DNA from: Lytechinus pictus | Lineage: Eukaryota | Assembly: GCF_037042905.1 (NCBI RefSeq) | Contig: NC_087245.1 | Span: 15,626,001-15,690,000 of the forward strand | DNA length: 64,000 bases | Direction of reading: 5' to 3' | Shown: piece by piece, positions 13,701 to 24,521 of the stretch | Layout: each line of letters opens with the position of its first letter | Numbering within the stretch: position 1 is the stretch's first letter | Notes under the pieces: model-generated | What the model was told of the DNA's origin: nothing | Databases searched by the model: none | What the model saw: only the letters and a program-made list of their open reading frames with translations | Program-made: the position numbers and the translations under genes

Positions 13701-16700
13701 CAGGTGGACTGACGCATCCTCCTTTTCTTTTTTCTTATGTTATTACATGAAATCATATTTATTTCAAATTTTCATACATGCATGTGTATGTCTCCCTTAT
13801 AATAAAATAAGTTGCAGCAATGAATAATGCTTTAAATCAGTTGTCAATCCATATTCTTTAAAAGTTCTTGGAGGATAATTTCATGTAATATAAAATACAA
13901 AAGAACAAGAGGTGATATGACATCATCAGTTTGCCCATTGAATATTCATGAAGACATGCATATAACTAATTCACTGATATAATAAAAATCGTTGTCATAA
14001 CTTCGTTATTCCTTGTCTGATTTTGATCAAATTTTCACTGTTTTTTATTTGTCTGATTTTTCTTTATCTGTTGTGATCATATTATTTTCAGCCTGGAGTA
14101 CTCCACTACAATGATTAATTCCTCCCACCCTATGCTGTTACAATGGTAATGCAATTTCCAACACATGTAGAAAATGAATCTTGCATGTCTTTACCACAAG
14201 ATGAATATTTGTGCCAACTTCCATGAGCACTGGCTAAAACCTGGGAAAGTAGTTAGATCCACAATGTTTTTTCCTTGATTTTTGGTCATAATATGTGGTT
14301 ACCATTGCAACACAATTTCTGACAAATGCTAAAAAAATATGTCTTGCCCTTCTTTACCCCAATACCAATGTGTGAGTCAAATTTCATAGTAGCTCAAACC
14401 CCAAGATTTTTACGCGATTTTTACCTGAGTTTTTCCCCCACAAATTCGCAAAAGAGTGTGGAGAGAACAAAGGGAGATCTGCCCCCAAATTGTTTCAAAT
14501 CAATACTTCAGCAAAATAAACAATTTTTTTGGAGTTTTACTTCAGTGACAAGTAACAATCAAATTATTCCCTATGAGAAATCCCATTTGATTTGGTATAC
14601 TTATTAAAATGTAATTTCTTAATTGTAAATGACATTTAGAAGTTTCTTAACGAAAAAAACAATCGGTTTTACTCAATGCAATTATTGAATGGAAATAATG
14701 GCAAAGGTAAGCCGTTTCATAAAGCTTTGGTAAAGTTATGAATGAATAAAAAAGGAAATCCAAGGGACGTTACAATACCCACCTATTCTATGATTATCAT
14801 TTTCATCCCCAAGTTTCCTCTTACGATTTTTGGTGACCTTTGACATCGGTGGACAGGGTTTGTTGTCTTCTGAAACCTCCTCATCGACGTCACTATCACC
14901 TGGCCGACCAGGAGATTGGTTACCATTTTCCAGCAAGCTCGAGTTGTCATTGGATCCATTGTCATCATCCTATTTATAAAAATTAACAAATTAAATACAT
15001 AAACCATACATGTACATTGCCTTGGAGAGGTGAATAAATTGTTATCTAACCAATAGATGTATACAACACAATAACTCAATTTAAATAAACATCCTTGGGA
15101 TCGTACACACAAAATGAACTCTTTGTTTTGCTGAAGAAATTCTGAAGGGATCAATAAGATTGTTTTTCTTTTTATATATATATTTTTTCGGTCAGTCCTG
15201 CTTTCTTTATTGCACTATTGTTACAGGAAGTGTTTGACAGACTTAAATGAACTTTATTGCACTAGCTATTTGTCAGTATTTCAGTTTGGAGAAAAGAAGA
15301 AGAAAGCTCGTCTTTAACTTGAGCAAATTCACTTGACCGATTGTGAACAAAACTCATCAAGAAATGGGGAAAATAATTATCATAGTCTCAAACTTTAGAA
15401 AGAAACTGAACACATTAATCATCCAATCAATTACAAAGGCTACTGAACATACTATACAGAGACTTATCCAATAAATATTTGATGTACTCACTGAGTAAAT
15501 ATTATTCTTACCAAGTAAGGAATCTTCATGTTTCTAAACCATTGTGACTTGACAACATCAAGTTTCTTGCCATTGTATTTAACCTGTTCAAATGAATAGA
15601 TAAAAAAATTGAAAATTAATAACATCTGAGACAAATTGATTGTTACCAACAAGTGGGTACATTCTCATTACACTGAGTAATTTTTTTTTTTTGCAACACT
15701 TTTAACTGATTATCATAGACTACATGTAAGTTCGTGGATACCATGCATCTTTAATTTCAATTAAATAATGAAGTTTTTATATGTAAAGCATTTATCTATT
15801 TTCAATAAGAGCTACAGAAATGCTTTTTATAATCATGATTATATAATGTGGTGCAATTGTCCATGCAGTATTTTGTAAATTAGCTTACCGAAGCCCAACC
15901 ACATCCAGATCTCTTGCCAGGATTGAGGATAGATTTGATGTGAATTGCCCAAGCACTTGGCGAGTTAAAGATCTGTTTTTCTTTGCTCCAGAATATTCTA
16001 CCATCAGTCATCAGGTCCGCAGTAAACTTACTCCCCTGATATTCAAAGGGGATGGAGGAAAGAAGTGGAAACCAGGTATGAGTGACTAGAACTAATGGTA
16101 ATCATGATTCAGTTACTATTCATCTATATCATTAATTAATTTTTTTTCTCCAAATAAAATGAATTAATATTTTAGCTTGTCACACTATTCACAAATAAAA
16201 TGGTAGTGGATTATCATTTCTAAGCTCTTTCACAGGAGCCTTGCATGCAATCCCACCAATTCATTGTAAATTATTTTAAAAAAATTAATAATATGGACCA
16301 ATTATATAGCGCAGCAACTATATTAATATACTCTACTGCGCTTTACATTTGGTATCATAATATTATTACCCTGGCTGTAGCCGAGCCACCATATAGGCGC
16401 TCAAGCATTCAAGGAATTTCTTCCTACCGGGTACCCATTCACCTCACCTGGGCTGAGCTGAGTGCAGCACAATGTGGGTAAATTTCTTGGGAATCGAACC
16501 CGCGTCCCTCAGATTGAAAGACAAGAGTCTAACCACTAGACTATGATGCCTCCAAAAAAGCTAGTGTCTAAAAATTTAATGAGATAAAAAGAAACAAAAT
16601 CATATTGTGTTGCCTTGGATAAAGGAATTTCAGAGTATCCACTTTAGGCTATATACTTACAAGGTATTCAATGGAGAGACAATCTTTGCCAGCCTCAACT

Positions 16701-16807
16701 ACCCCATCACTCATGAGCATACTCAGTGTGACCCCTCTCCCTGTCAGTATTTTCTCTTTCTTGGGTGGACTTGTAGTAGAAGAGTCTAGACTCTCAGCTT
16801 CAGACAT
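4726..16807 (-). CDS. MPND: MPN domain-containing protein (N-terminal RAMA domain + JAMM/MPN+ isopeptidase domain), spliced, ~461 aa
   Basis: Coding exons (minus strand, all GT-AG, phases consistent): 16807-16661, 16035-15889, 15583-15512, 14969-14783, 12800-12716, 10847-10751, 9719-9647, 8683-8438, 7841-7771, 6851-6762, 5766-5674, 4803-4726 (TAG); total 1386 nt. RAMA-type segment LTGRGVTLSMLMSDGVV..LSIEYLGSKFTADLMTDGRIFW..FNSPSAWA..LNPGKRSGCGWASVKYNGKKLD. JAMM motif DFHCHLTTSEVIGYLAGKW..VGWYHSHPCSPAHPSLSDIECQ. The start is uncertain: the exon acceptor is at 16848, upstream of ATG 16807. Confidence 0.93.
5030..5646. mobile_element. Non-autonomous DNA transposon fragment (possibly piggyBac-type end); related copy at ~34540-34802
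   Basis: Shared segment TTGTACA..AATCACGTTTA..GAGCAA.TTTGGGTC.GACATGCACTTAC in both places. The 34.8-kb copy ends GGG-TTAA. The left boundary is approximate. Confidence 0.5.
8776..8975 (+). mobile_element. Degenerate copy of the same tRNA-SINE
   Basis: GTGGTACAGTGGTT..ACTCTCGC..GGTTCTAATGC..CAGTAAGAAATTCATCC..CACTCAA..AGGTGAAGTAAAAGTACC aligns with the 3080-3382 copy. Confidence 0.6.
8997..9452. mobile_element. Crypton-like non-autonomous element with a long terminal hairpin
   Basis: ~52-bp near-perfect stem 9009-9060/9074-9128 closed by loop GAGGCGTAGCCGA. Internal TTTACATGACACCTA is inverted to the distal end TGGGTGTCATATAAA. No obvious TSD. Confidence 0.55.
11491..11885. mobile_element. 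Kolobok-type MITE (TTAA TSD) inserted in an older foldback element (~11400-12165)
   Basis: TTAA|AGCTAAATTACAGTAG ... AACTGGAATTTACCT|TTAA. The flanks 11400-11486 and 12078-12165 are inverted copies of each other. Confidence 0.65.
12951..14104. mobile_element. Older Kolobok-like MITE (host of the 13109-13693 element)
   Basis: Terminal inverted repeats GGATACTCCAGGCTGAAAATAAT / ATTATTTTCAGCCTGGAGTACTCC. Confidence 0.65.
13109..13693. mobile_element. Kolobok-type foldback MITE with ~200-bp terminal inverted repeats and TTAA TSD
   Basis: TTAA at 13105-13108 and 13694-13697. Arms 13109-13310 and 13491-13693 are inverted (e.g. AATAAGAAAGTTATGAGCATTTGAATATTGC / GCAATATTCAAATGCTCATAACTTTCTTATT). 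Confidence 0.8.
16288..16553 (-). mobile_element. tRNA-derived SINE, second copy with a different 3' tail
   Basis: TAGTCTAGTGG A box, GGTTCGATTCC B box, and the same CCCAGGTGAGGTGAATGGGTACC core as the 3.1-kb copy. Confidence 0.75.
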
Positions 16808-18176
16808 GGTCTCTGCGGCCTCATCATCCTTCAGCACATCCCTGCGGTCTTTGAACAAAGAAATATCAGGATTTAATGATCATACTTAGTCCCTTCGGGT
16901 GAACACTCAATATTGGAGACTCTCCTATTAGAGGACGCTGGTGCATGTATCATTACTATCACAAATTTCTGCAAAGTGTGGTAGATTTGATTGGTATTTA
17001 AAAAGCTAGATTTGTCTGTTTACCAATTTCTTCTATCTTTCATGTAACATGGAAGACTTACCTGAATACCCCATGCATTTTTTTTTCTAAAACTTAGTAC
17101 ATGATTCAAACTGAGCTGAAACCTCTTCAGATAATATTTTACGGTGACTTATTCAAATAAACATTAGTTATATCTACACTCAAATGCAACCTGAACAAAA
17201 ATTATATATTGAGGTATTCACTATCTAGTCACTGCTCGTCATTGTACTAGGCAGGACTAAAGTACATGTATGCCAATGCTCTGGAGCGGACTACATAAAC
17301 TAGCACATCAATGATGTGGAGCTCATCCGGCATCTCGCAACGAAATTTAACACAATTTTAATTTCAGCCCAGTTACACTGTAGTGAATTACATTGGTGAC
17401 ATAAATTGAGAATATAGAATTGAAATTGATGAAGAAATGACATAGAAGCATTTTTTGTGATCTATGAATAAATTTCATATATATTAAGCATAAATAATTT
17501 TCTAGTCAAAATTTCTAAACTCTGTGTAGAACCTTGTTGAACCTCATGTAGCTCTCAGATGAAACAAAAATAATCAAAATCAATCTACAAATTAAATAAG
17601 TATTTTTTGTGAGTTTTGAAAATATATGAATAAATTTGCATATTTAATGAGTAAGTTTCAAAATTCTGTGTTGAAATTTTGTATCTCCACCTTGAGCTAT
17701 CATATAAAGCAACAAAATTGAAATTGATCAATAAATGAAGAAGAAAACACGTTTTTTGTGATTTATGAATAAACTTTGCATAAATTAGCATAAATAATTT
17801 TCTAGACAAAATTTCAAACTTTTGTGTACAAGTTTGGTGAACCTCATGCAGCTCTACCAGATGAAAGAAAACAAATTAAGAAGAGGCATTTTCTGTGATT
17901 TATTAATAAATTTTGCATAAATTAGCATAAATAATTTTCTACTGAAAATTTCAAAATTCTGTGTAAAAGTTTGTTGAACCTCATGAAGTTCTACCAGATG
18001 GAAGAAAAAAGAATCAAAATCGGTCAACAATTAAAGAAGAAGCATTTTATGTGAATTTTTAAAGACGCATAAATTAGCATATTTAATGAGTTTCAAAATT
18101 CTGTGTAGAATTTTTGAATCCCCCACCTAATGCTATCATATAAAGCAAACAGAATTGAAATCAGACTTGAAATGAC

Positions 18177-19181
<1,005 letters not shown>

Positions 19182-20222
19182 ACGAAGAAGAAGCATTTTG
19201 AAATTCAGTCAACAAATAAAGAAGAGGCATTTTCTGTGATTTATGAATTTTGCATAAATTAGCATAAATAATTTTCTACTCCAAATTTAAAAATTCTGTG
19301 AAGAAGTTTGGTGAACCTCATGAAGCTCTACCAGATGGAAGGAAAAAAAATCAAAATCGGTCAACAAATAGAGAAGAAGCATTTTATGTGAATTTTTAAA
19401 AACATGCATAAATTAATTTTGCATAAATTAGCATAAAAATTGTTCTAGTCAAAATTTCTAAATTCTGTGTAGAAGTTTGGTGAACCTGATAAAGCTCTAC
19501 CAGATGGAAGCAAAAAATTCAAAATCGGTCAATAAATAAAGAAGCATTTTTTGTGAATTTTGAAAAATGCGCATAACTTAGAATATTTAATGAGTTTCAA
19601 AATTCTGTGTAGAAGTTTTGAATCCCCCACCTAGTGCTATTCATATAAAGCAAACAGAATTGAAATGGCGAAGAAGCATCATTTTGAAAATGTGGACGGA
19701 CGACAGACAGAAGCCAGACGATGGACGCCACGGCATAAGCTCATCTGGCCCTTCGGGCCGGATGAGCTTAAAACAGGGGTCTCTGGAACTCATTAGATCG
19801 TAGGCGGACGTAATTGGGTAGCAGCTACATGTATGTAAAAAAACGTGCGGGCGTCTTGCTAGATTCGTATTGAGCCAGCACAAGCAAGCTGCGGCCGGTG
19901 CGGGGAGCTTCAGCGGGCCGGCATAATGGCTCCGCGCCGATAGAGCTCGCCACTCTGACTGGCTGAGTAAATCATGACAGGCGCTCTCTGGAGCGAGAAA
20001 TCACGAATTTGAGGGTCTCCGGAATTCGGAACGGGAAAAATGGGAATTTCTATCTACATGTATGGCCTGGCTTTCTGAATTGGCAGTAGAGGCGCACGGC
20101 CAACATGGGAGACTCTCTCCAATATGGGAGACAACCTCCTATATTGAAGACTTGCTTTGCAAAAAATAAAAGAAACAAGACCAACAAAAGCATAATTTTT
20201 TCCACCCAAAATATGTTCTCAC

Positions 20223-20636
20223 TAGGCAGTGCTGCACCAGCCCGAGTTTGTTCAATCTCAAGATTTTAGCCCGATCGGCCCTCTTCGCGATTAATCTCGA
20301 GATTCAAGAAATCCACCGTCGCAAGAAGAGCGATTCCTGCTCGAGTGAGGCATCATGGTCTGACGCCGTGCATAAATAATCCTGAGTGCGTCTGCACCTG
20401 CGAATTAGCAGGATAATTTGTGAATAGTGCGCTATTTTGCAAACATTAAGTTGCATTTTGCAAATAATAAGTTGACTTGGGATTGCAATCTCAGGATAGC
20501 AAACTAGCGTGATAATTGCGTCTCCATTACAAATAATCTTGAGAATTCATCGAGATTGTTCAGATCGGGATAGTTTGCCGGATCAGAAATAGCGCGCCAT
20601 TTTGAAAACTCGGGCTGCATGGTGCAGACGGCCCTA
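20223..20636. mobile_element. MITE with imperfect terminal inverted repeats, nested in the 20084-22527 element
   Basis: TAGGCAGTGCTGCACCAGCCCGAGTTT ... AAACTCGGGCTGCATGGTGCAGACGGCCCTA. Confidence 0.6.
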
Positions 20637-20756
20637 CTGATGTCAGAAGACAGAAGCCCATTTGTTTTAAGTGTGGATGACAACAAAATCGTTCAAAAGT
20701 AGACAGTGAATTTTTATAGACGGTGAAAAGGGGTTATATTTTTCATGAGGAATCTG

Positions 20757-22317
20757 CCCGGGGGGCCACTTCCATTGACGAGTGAATACCATGCGCGACC
20801 ATGGGGTCTTGAAAAGCACCCTAAACACATATTTTCCATATTCTAACAAGTGGAACGCCTCTGGCAGTCTCGCCTGCATTACGCAATTTAATATAGCAGC
20901 AGTGCTAACTTTGAAAACTACTATAAAATAATCATTCACAAAAACATCATTCATATAATGACATAATACCACGTTCATTGACCATAAATGACATTTGAAC
21001 GGAGACTTAAGACTGTCAACTACACCCATGTCCACATTTCATTCACTCTAATATCCATAAACTTTCAAAGTTATGATGGCACTTCAACAATTACCCCAAC
21101 ATGGCCTAAGTTTATTGACCTTAACTGACCTTTGACTTGGTTTTGTGACCTGAAACTCACAGGGGATGTTCAGTGATACTTGATTACTCTTATGTCCAAG
21201 TTTTATGAACTAGATTCATAAACTTTCAGAGCTAGAATGGTAATTTAACATACCCCCAACACGGCCAAAGTTCATTGACCTCAAATGACCATTGACCATG
21301 GTCATGTGACCTGAAACTCGCACAGGATATTCAGTGGTACTTGATTTACCTAATGTCCAAGTTTCATGAACTAAATCCATAAATTTTTAAAGTTACATGT
21401 ATGATGGTAATTCAACAAATACCCCCAACTTGGCCAAAGTTCATTGACCCTAAATGACCTTTGACCTTGGTCATGTGACCTGAAACTCAGGCAGGATGTT
21501 CACTAATACTTGATTAACCTTGTGTCCAAGTTTCATGGACTAGATCCATAAATTTTCAAAGTTATGAAAGTAATTCAACAAATACCCCCAACTTGACCAA
21601 AGTTCATTGACCCTAAATGACCTTTGACCTTGGTCATGTGACCTGAAACTCGAGCAGGATGTTCACTAATACTTGATTAACCTTATGCCCAAGTTTCATG
21701 AACAAGGTCCATATACTTTCTAAGTTATGATGTCATTTCAAAAACTTAACCTTCGGTTAAGATTTGATGTTGACGCCGCCGCCGCCATCGGAAAAGCGGC
21801 GCCTATAGTCTCGCTCTGCTATGCAGGCGAGACAAAAATGCACCCCTTAACGAGTATTGACGTATGAAACTACCTTTAACAAGTATTGGAAACAAATTTA
21901 ACAAAACGATACTCTTGTCAAGTATTCCCTGAATTGAACCCCGGACAAGTACAGCGATATTTCAATTGTTATGTCACGGACGACGTCGGTCGTCGGTTTT
22001 CTCTTTACCTACATAATTGGGTGTACAGCCCCTCCTCCCCACACGTAAACTCTAAACACGTAATGTTGACTCTTGGGGCAAAAAGTACATCCTTTATAAA
22101 ACATTTGTGTCTTAATTTTTTTATACCCTCGCAAATTTGACCCTAAACACGCAGCTTTACTAGCGAAAATAGATACCTTTTTTCATCATTTTAGTGTTTT
22201 TGACACCCTTATTACGTTACGTACGTAACGTGCCCCATCTTGAAAAAGACATCCTTTTTACGTGTTTTTTTGGTCGCGCATGGTATCCACTTGTCAATTG
22301 TAAGTGGCCCCCCCGGC
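20757..22317. mobile_element. CCCGGGGG-terminated DNA element with 8-bp TSD
   Basis: TSD GGAATCTG at 20749-20756 and 22318-22325. TIR CCGGGGGGCCACTT..TTGACGAGTG.ATACCATGCGCGACCA. Sister copy at 38841-39645. Confidence 0.8.
20845..21838 (-). mobile_element. Helentron-associated (HINE/Tsp-like) element with ~160-170-bp tandem units
   Basis: Ends AACAAG ... GACAAAAA. Subterminal IR GTCTCGCCTGCA (20867) / TGCAGGCGAGAC (21822) with an adjacent hairpin. 4-5 tandem units containing TGACCTTTGACCTTGGTCATGTGACCTGAAACTC. Confidence 0.75.
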
Positions 22318-23035
22318 GGAATCTGCTTATCACATTTTAATTTGCCGTAATCCTTTAGCAGCAAATGTAAACAAAGGATATTGGTCTCCCAAACTGGAGA
22401 CTGTCTCTGACATTGGATAGGGGCATACCCAAATTCTTTACATAAGTCTCTGATATTGGAGATAATCTCCCAATGACAATGTCATGACTCATCATGGGAG
22501 ACTCCCAATTAGCCGTGCGCCTCTAATGAATAAGGTTTATTTTATCGCTAATCAGAACCGCAATGCGTTATGGGGTGGAAAAGGGGCAAGCAAGCTGTCT
22601 GCAGAGCTAGCTAACTTGCCCCCTTTTCTATCCCATAAATAATGCACTGCGGTTCTGATTAACGATAGCTATACTAGACTTGATCTCTAAAGACTAAACC
22701 TTGCTTAAGTTGTTATGGTGTATTGGTGATGCTATGGAACTGAAATTTAGGCTAAAAATTGGGGTCTCAACCGCGGCACTGACACACATATCTAGACAGC
22801 TGGCAGCCGTCTGTTTCGAGGAGTTTTTTAACATTTTTTTTCTCCTCATACACAGACGGCTCGCTATCGTGCAGCCACCATTAGGGGGTAAACAATGAAA
22901 AATCCCCCCGATGGGGCTCATAGGTTTTTTGTCTTTATTTCATAAAAATATATAAAAAGAACTGGACCAAAATAAATATTGCTATTCCGTTTTGGCCTGA
23001 AATGCACCAAAACGGGGAAAAATAAACTTATTATA

Positions 23036-23482
23036 CAGTAGAGGCGCACGGCCAATATTGGAGACTGTCTCCAATGTGGGAGATTATCTCCAATATCAGA
23101 GACTTTTGTAAAGAATTTGGGTATCCAATTTCAGAGACGGTCTCCAGTTTTGGAGTCGAATTTCCTTTGTTTACATTTGCTGCAAAAGGATTACCTTGGC
23201 GGCAAATAAAAATGTGATAAGCAGATTCCTCATGAAAAATTACCCCTTTTCACCGTCTACTTTAAATATTCACCGTCTACTTTTGTTTTGATAAGGATTT
23301 TTGTTGTCAATCACACACAAAACAAATGGGCTTCTGACCTCAGTGAGACAAAATTTTGGGTGGAAAAAATCATGCTTTTGTTGGTGTTGTTTCTTTTGTC
23401 CTTTTGCAAAGCAAGTCTCCAATGTGGGAGATTGTCTCCCCTATTGGAGAGAGTCTCCCATATTGGCCGTGCGCCTCTACTG
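23036..23482. mobile_element. Intact MITE, TIR CAGTAGAGGCGCACGGCCAATAT
   Basis: Terminal inverted repeats with internal GGAGA/TCTCC sub-repeats; flanked on both sides by TTATA. Confidence 0.85.
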
Positions 23483-24521
23483 TTATAAGGGGAAAAAACC
23501 ACTCCCACGTATTGCGAGGTTAGCATTAGTATACTAACCTCGCACCACGAACCGCGTTTGGCAGTGGATTTCTAACTAGTGGGTCGCGCCTGCTGGGATC
23601 TCACTTCTTGGGTCCACAACACACGACTTCAATGGCTTGATTTTTCTGTGCGCGGCGGCATGTAATGAACCCTTGGGTGGGAAAAAACAGTGTTGTTCAG
23701 CGGAACAACCAACATAAGAACAGAGACCGAAGCTTTTGGTCTAATATATCATACATTTATACTGAGCTTACACCCCCCCCCCCCGGCAGAACACAAAATG
23801 GCCAAGTATGAACATTCATACCAATTACACGGGCATGTACTGAACGTACACCAGGCGATTCAGCTCCTGTGCAATTCATATACTCTCTCACACAGAAACG
23901 TGAAATTAACGTTCGATATATGTGTGTGAGAATCGCACGCAATATTTGTGGAACGTAACTTTACCTAACTAAGTTTCAAGTACAAAAAATCATTATCATT
24001 GATTGACATTGTCAGAAAATTGTAATTGCATTAAAGTCATGATCGTTAAATAATTCAAGTTACCCATGAATTAATTCCGAATAAGGATATGTATCACCAA
24101 ATCAAATCAATGAGAGTCAACTCAAGTGGCCGTTTTAATTCTGTGGAGACAGGAATGGATGATGAGCCGCATGCTATCTCTTCTCTTTGTTTTTCTTTCA
24201 TGTGAACTGGCTCATTCCATTTTTTTCAATCGCTTAGGGTTGGGGGTTCAGTTTTAATTGAAGAATATAAAAGTGAATATAAAGAATGTTTAAAACACAT
24301 GAAATCGATAAAAACAATATATAATATTACGATATATTTTCGATTAAGTCATATGATATCATTTGTTGACTACCTTTTTAATCATGTTAATATATTATTT
24401 AGAGGGGAGTGTAGAGTTTCCAAGGAGGTCCCGTCCCTGAGCCGAGTCTAGTTACCCTCTGTGCTAAATCAACGTACCGGGTATCTGATTTAATCTGATA
24501 TCCCTAGTCCATCTACCAAAA

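Larger units (their letters stand above)
20084..22527. mobile_element. CAGTAGAGGCGCACGGC-TIR MITE split by nested insertions
   Basis: Pieces 20084-20223, ~20636-20756 and 22318-22527 reassemble into an inverted copy of the intact element at 23036-23482. Confidence 0.8.

Noticed and set aside
19775..20080. GC/CpG-rich patch as a possible promoter or ncRNA
   Set aside because: No diagnostic motif or splice site; it is sandwiched between TEs and may be another TE fragment.
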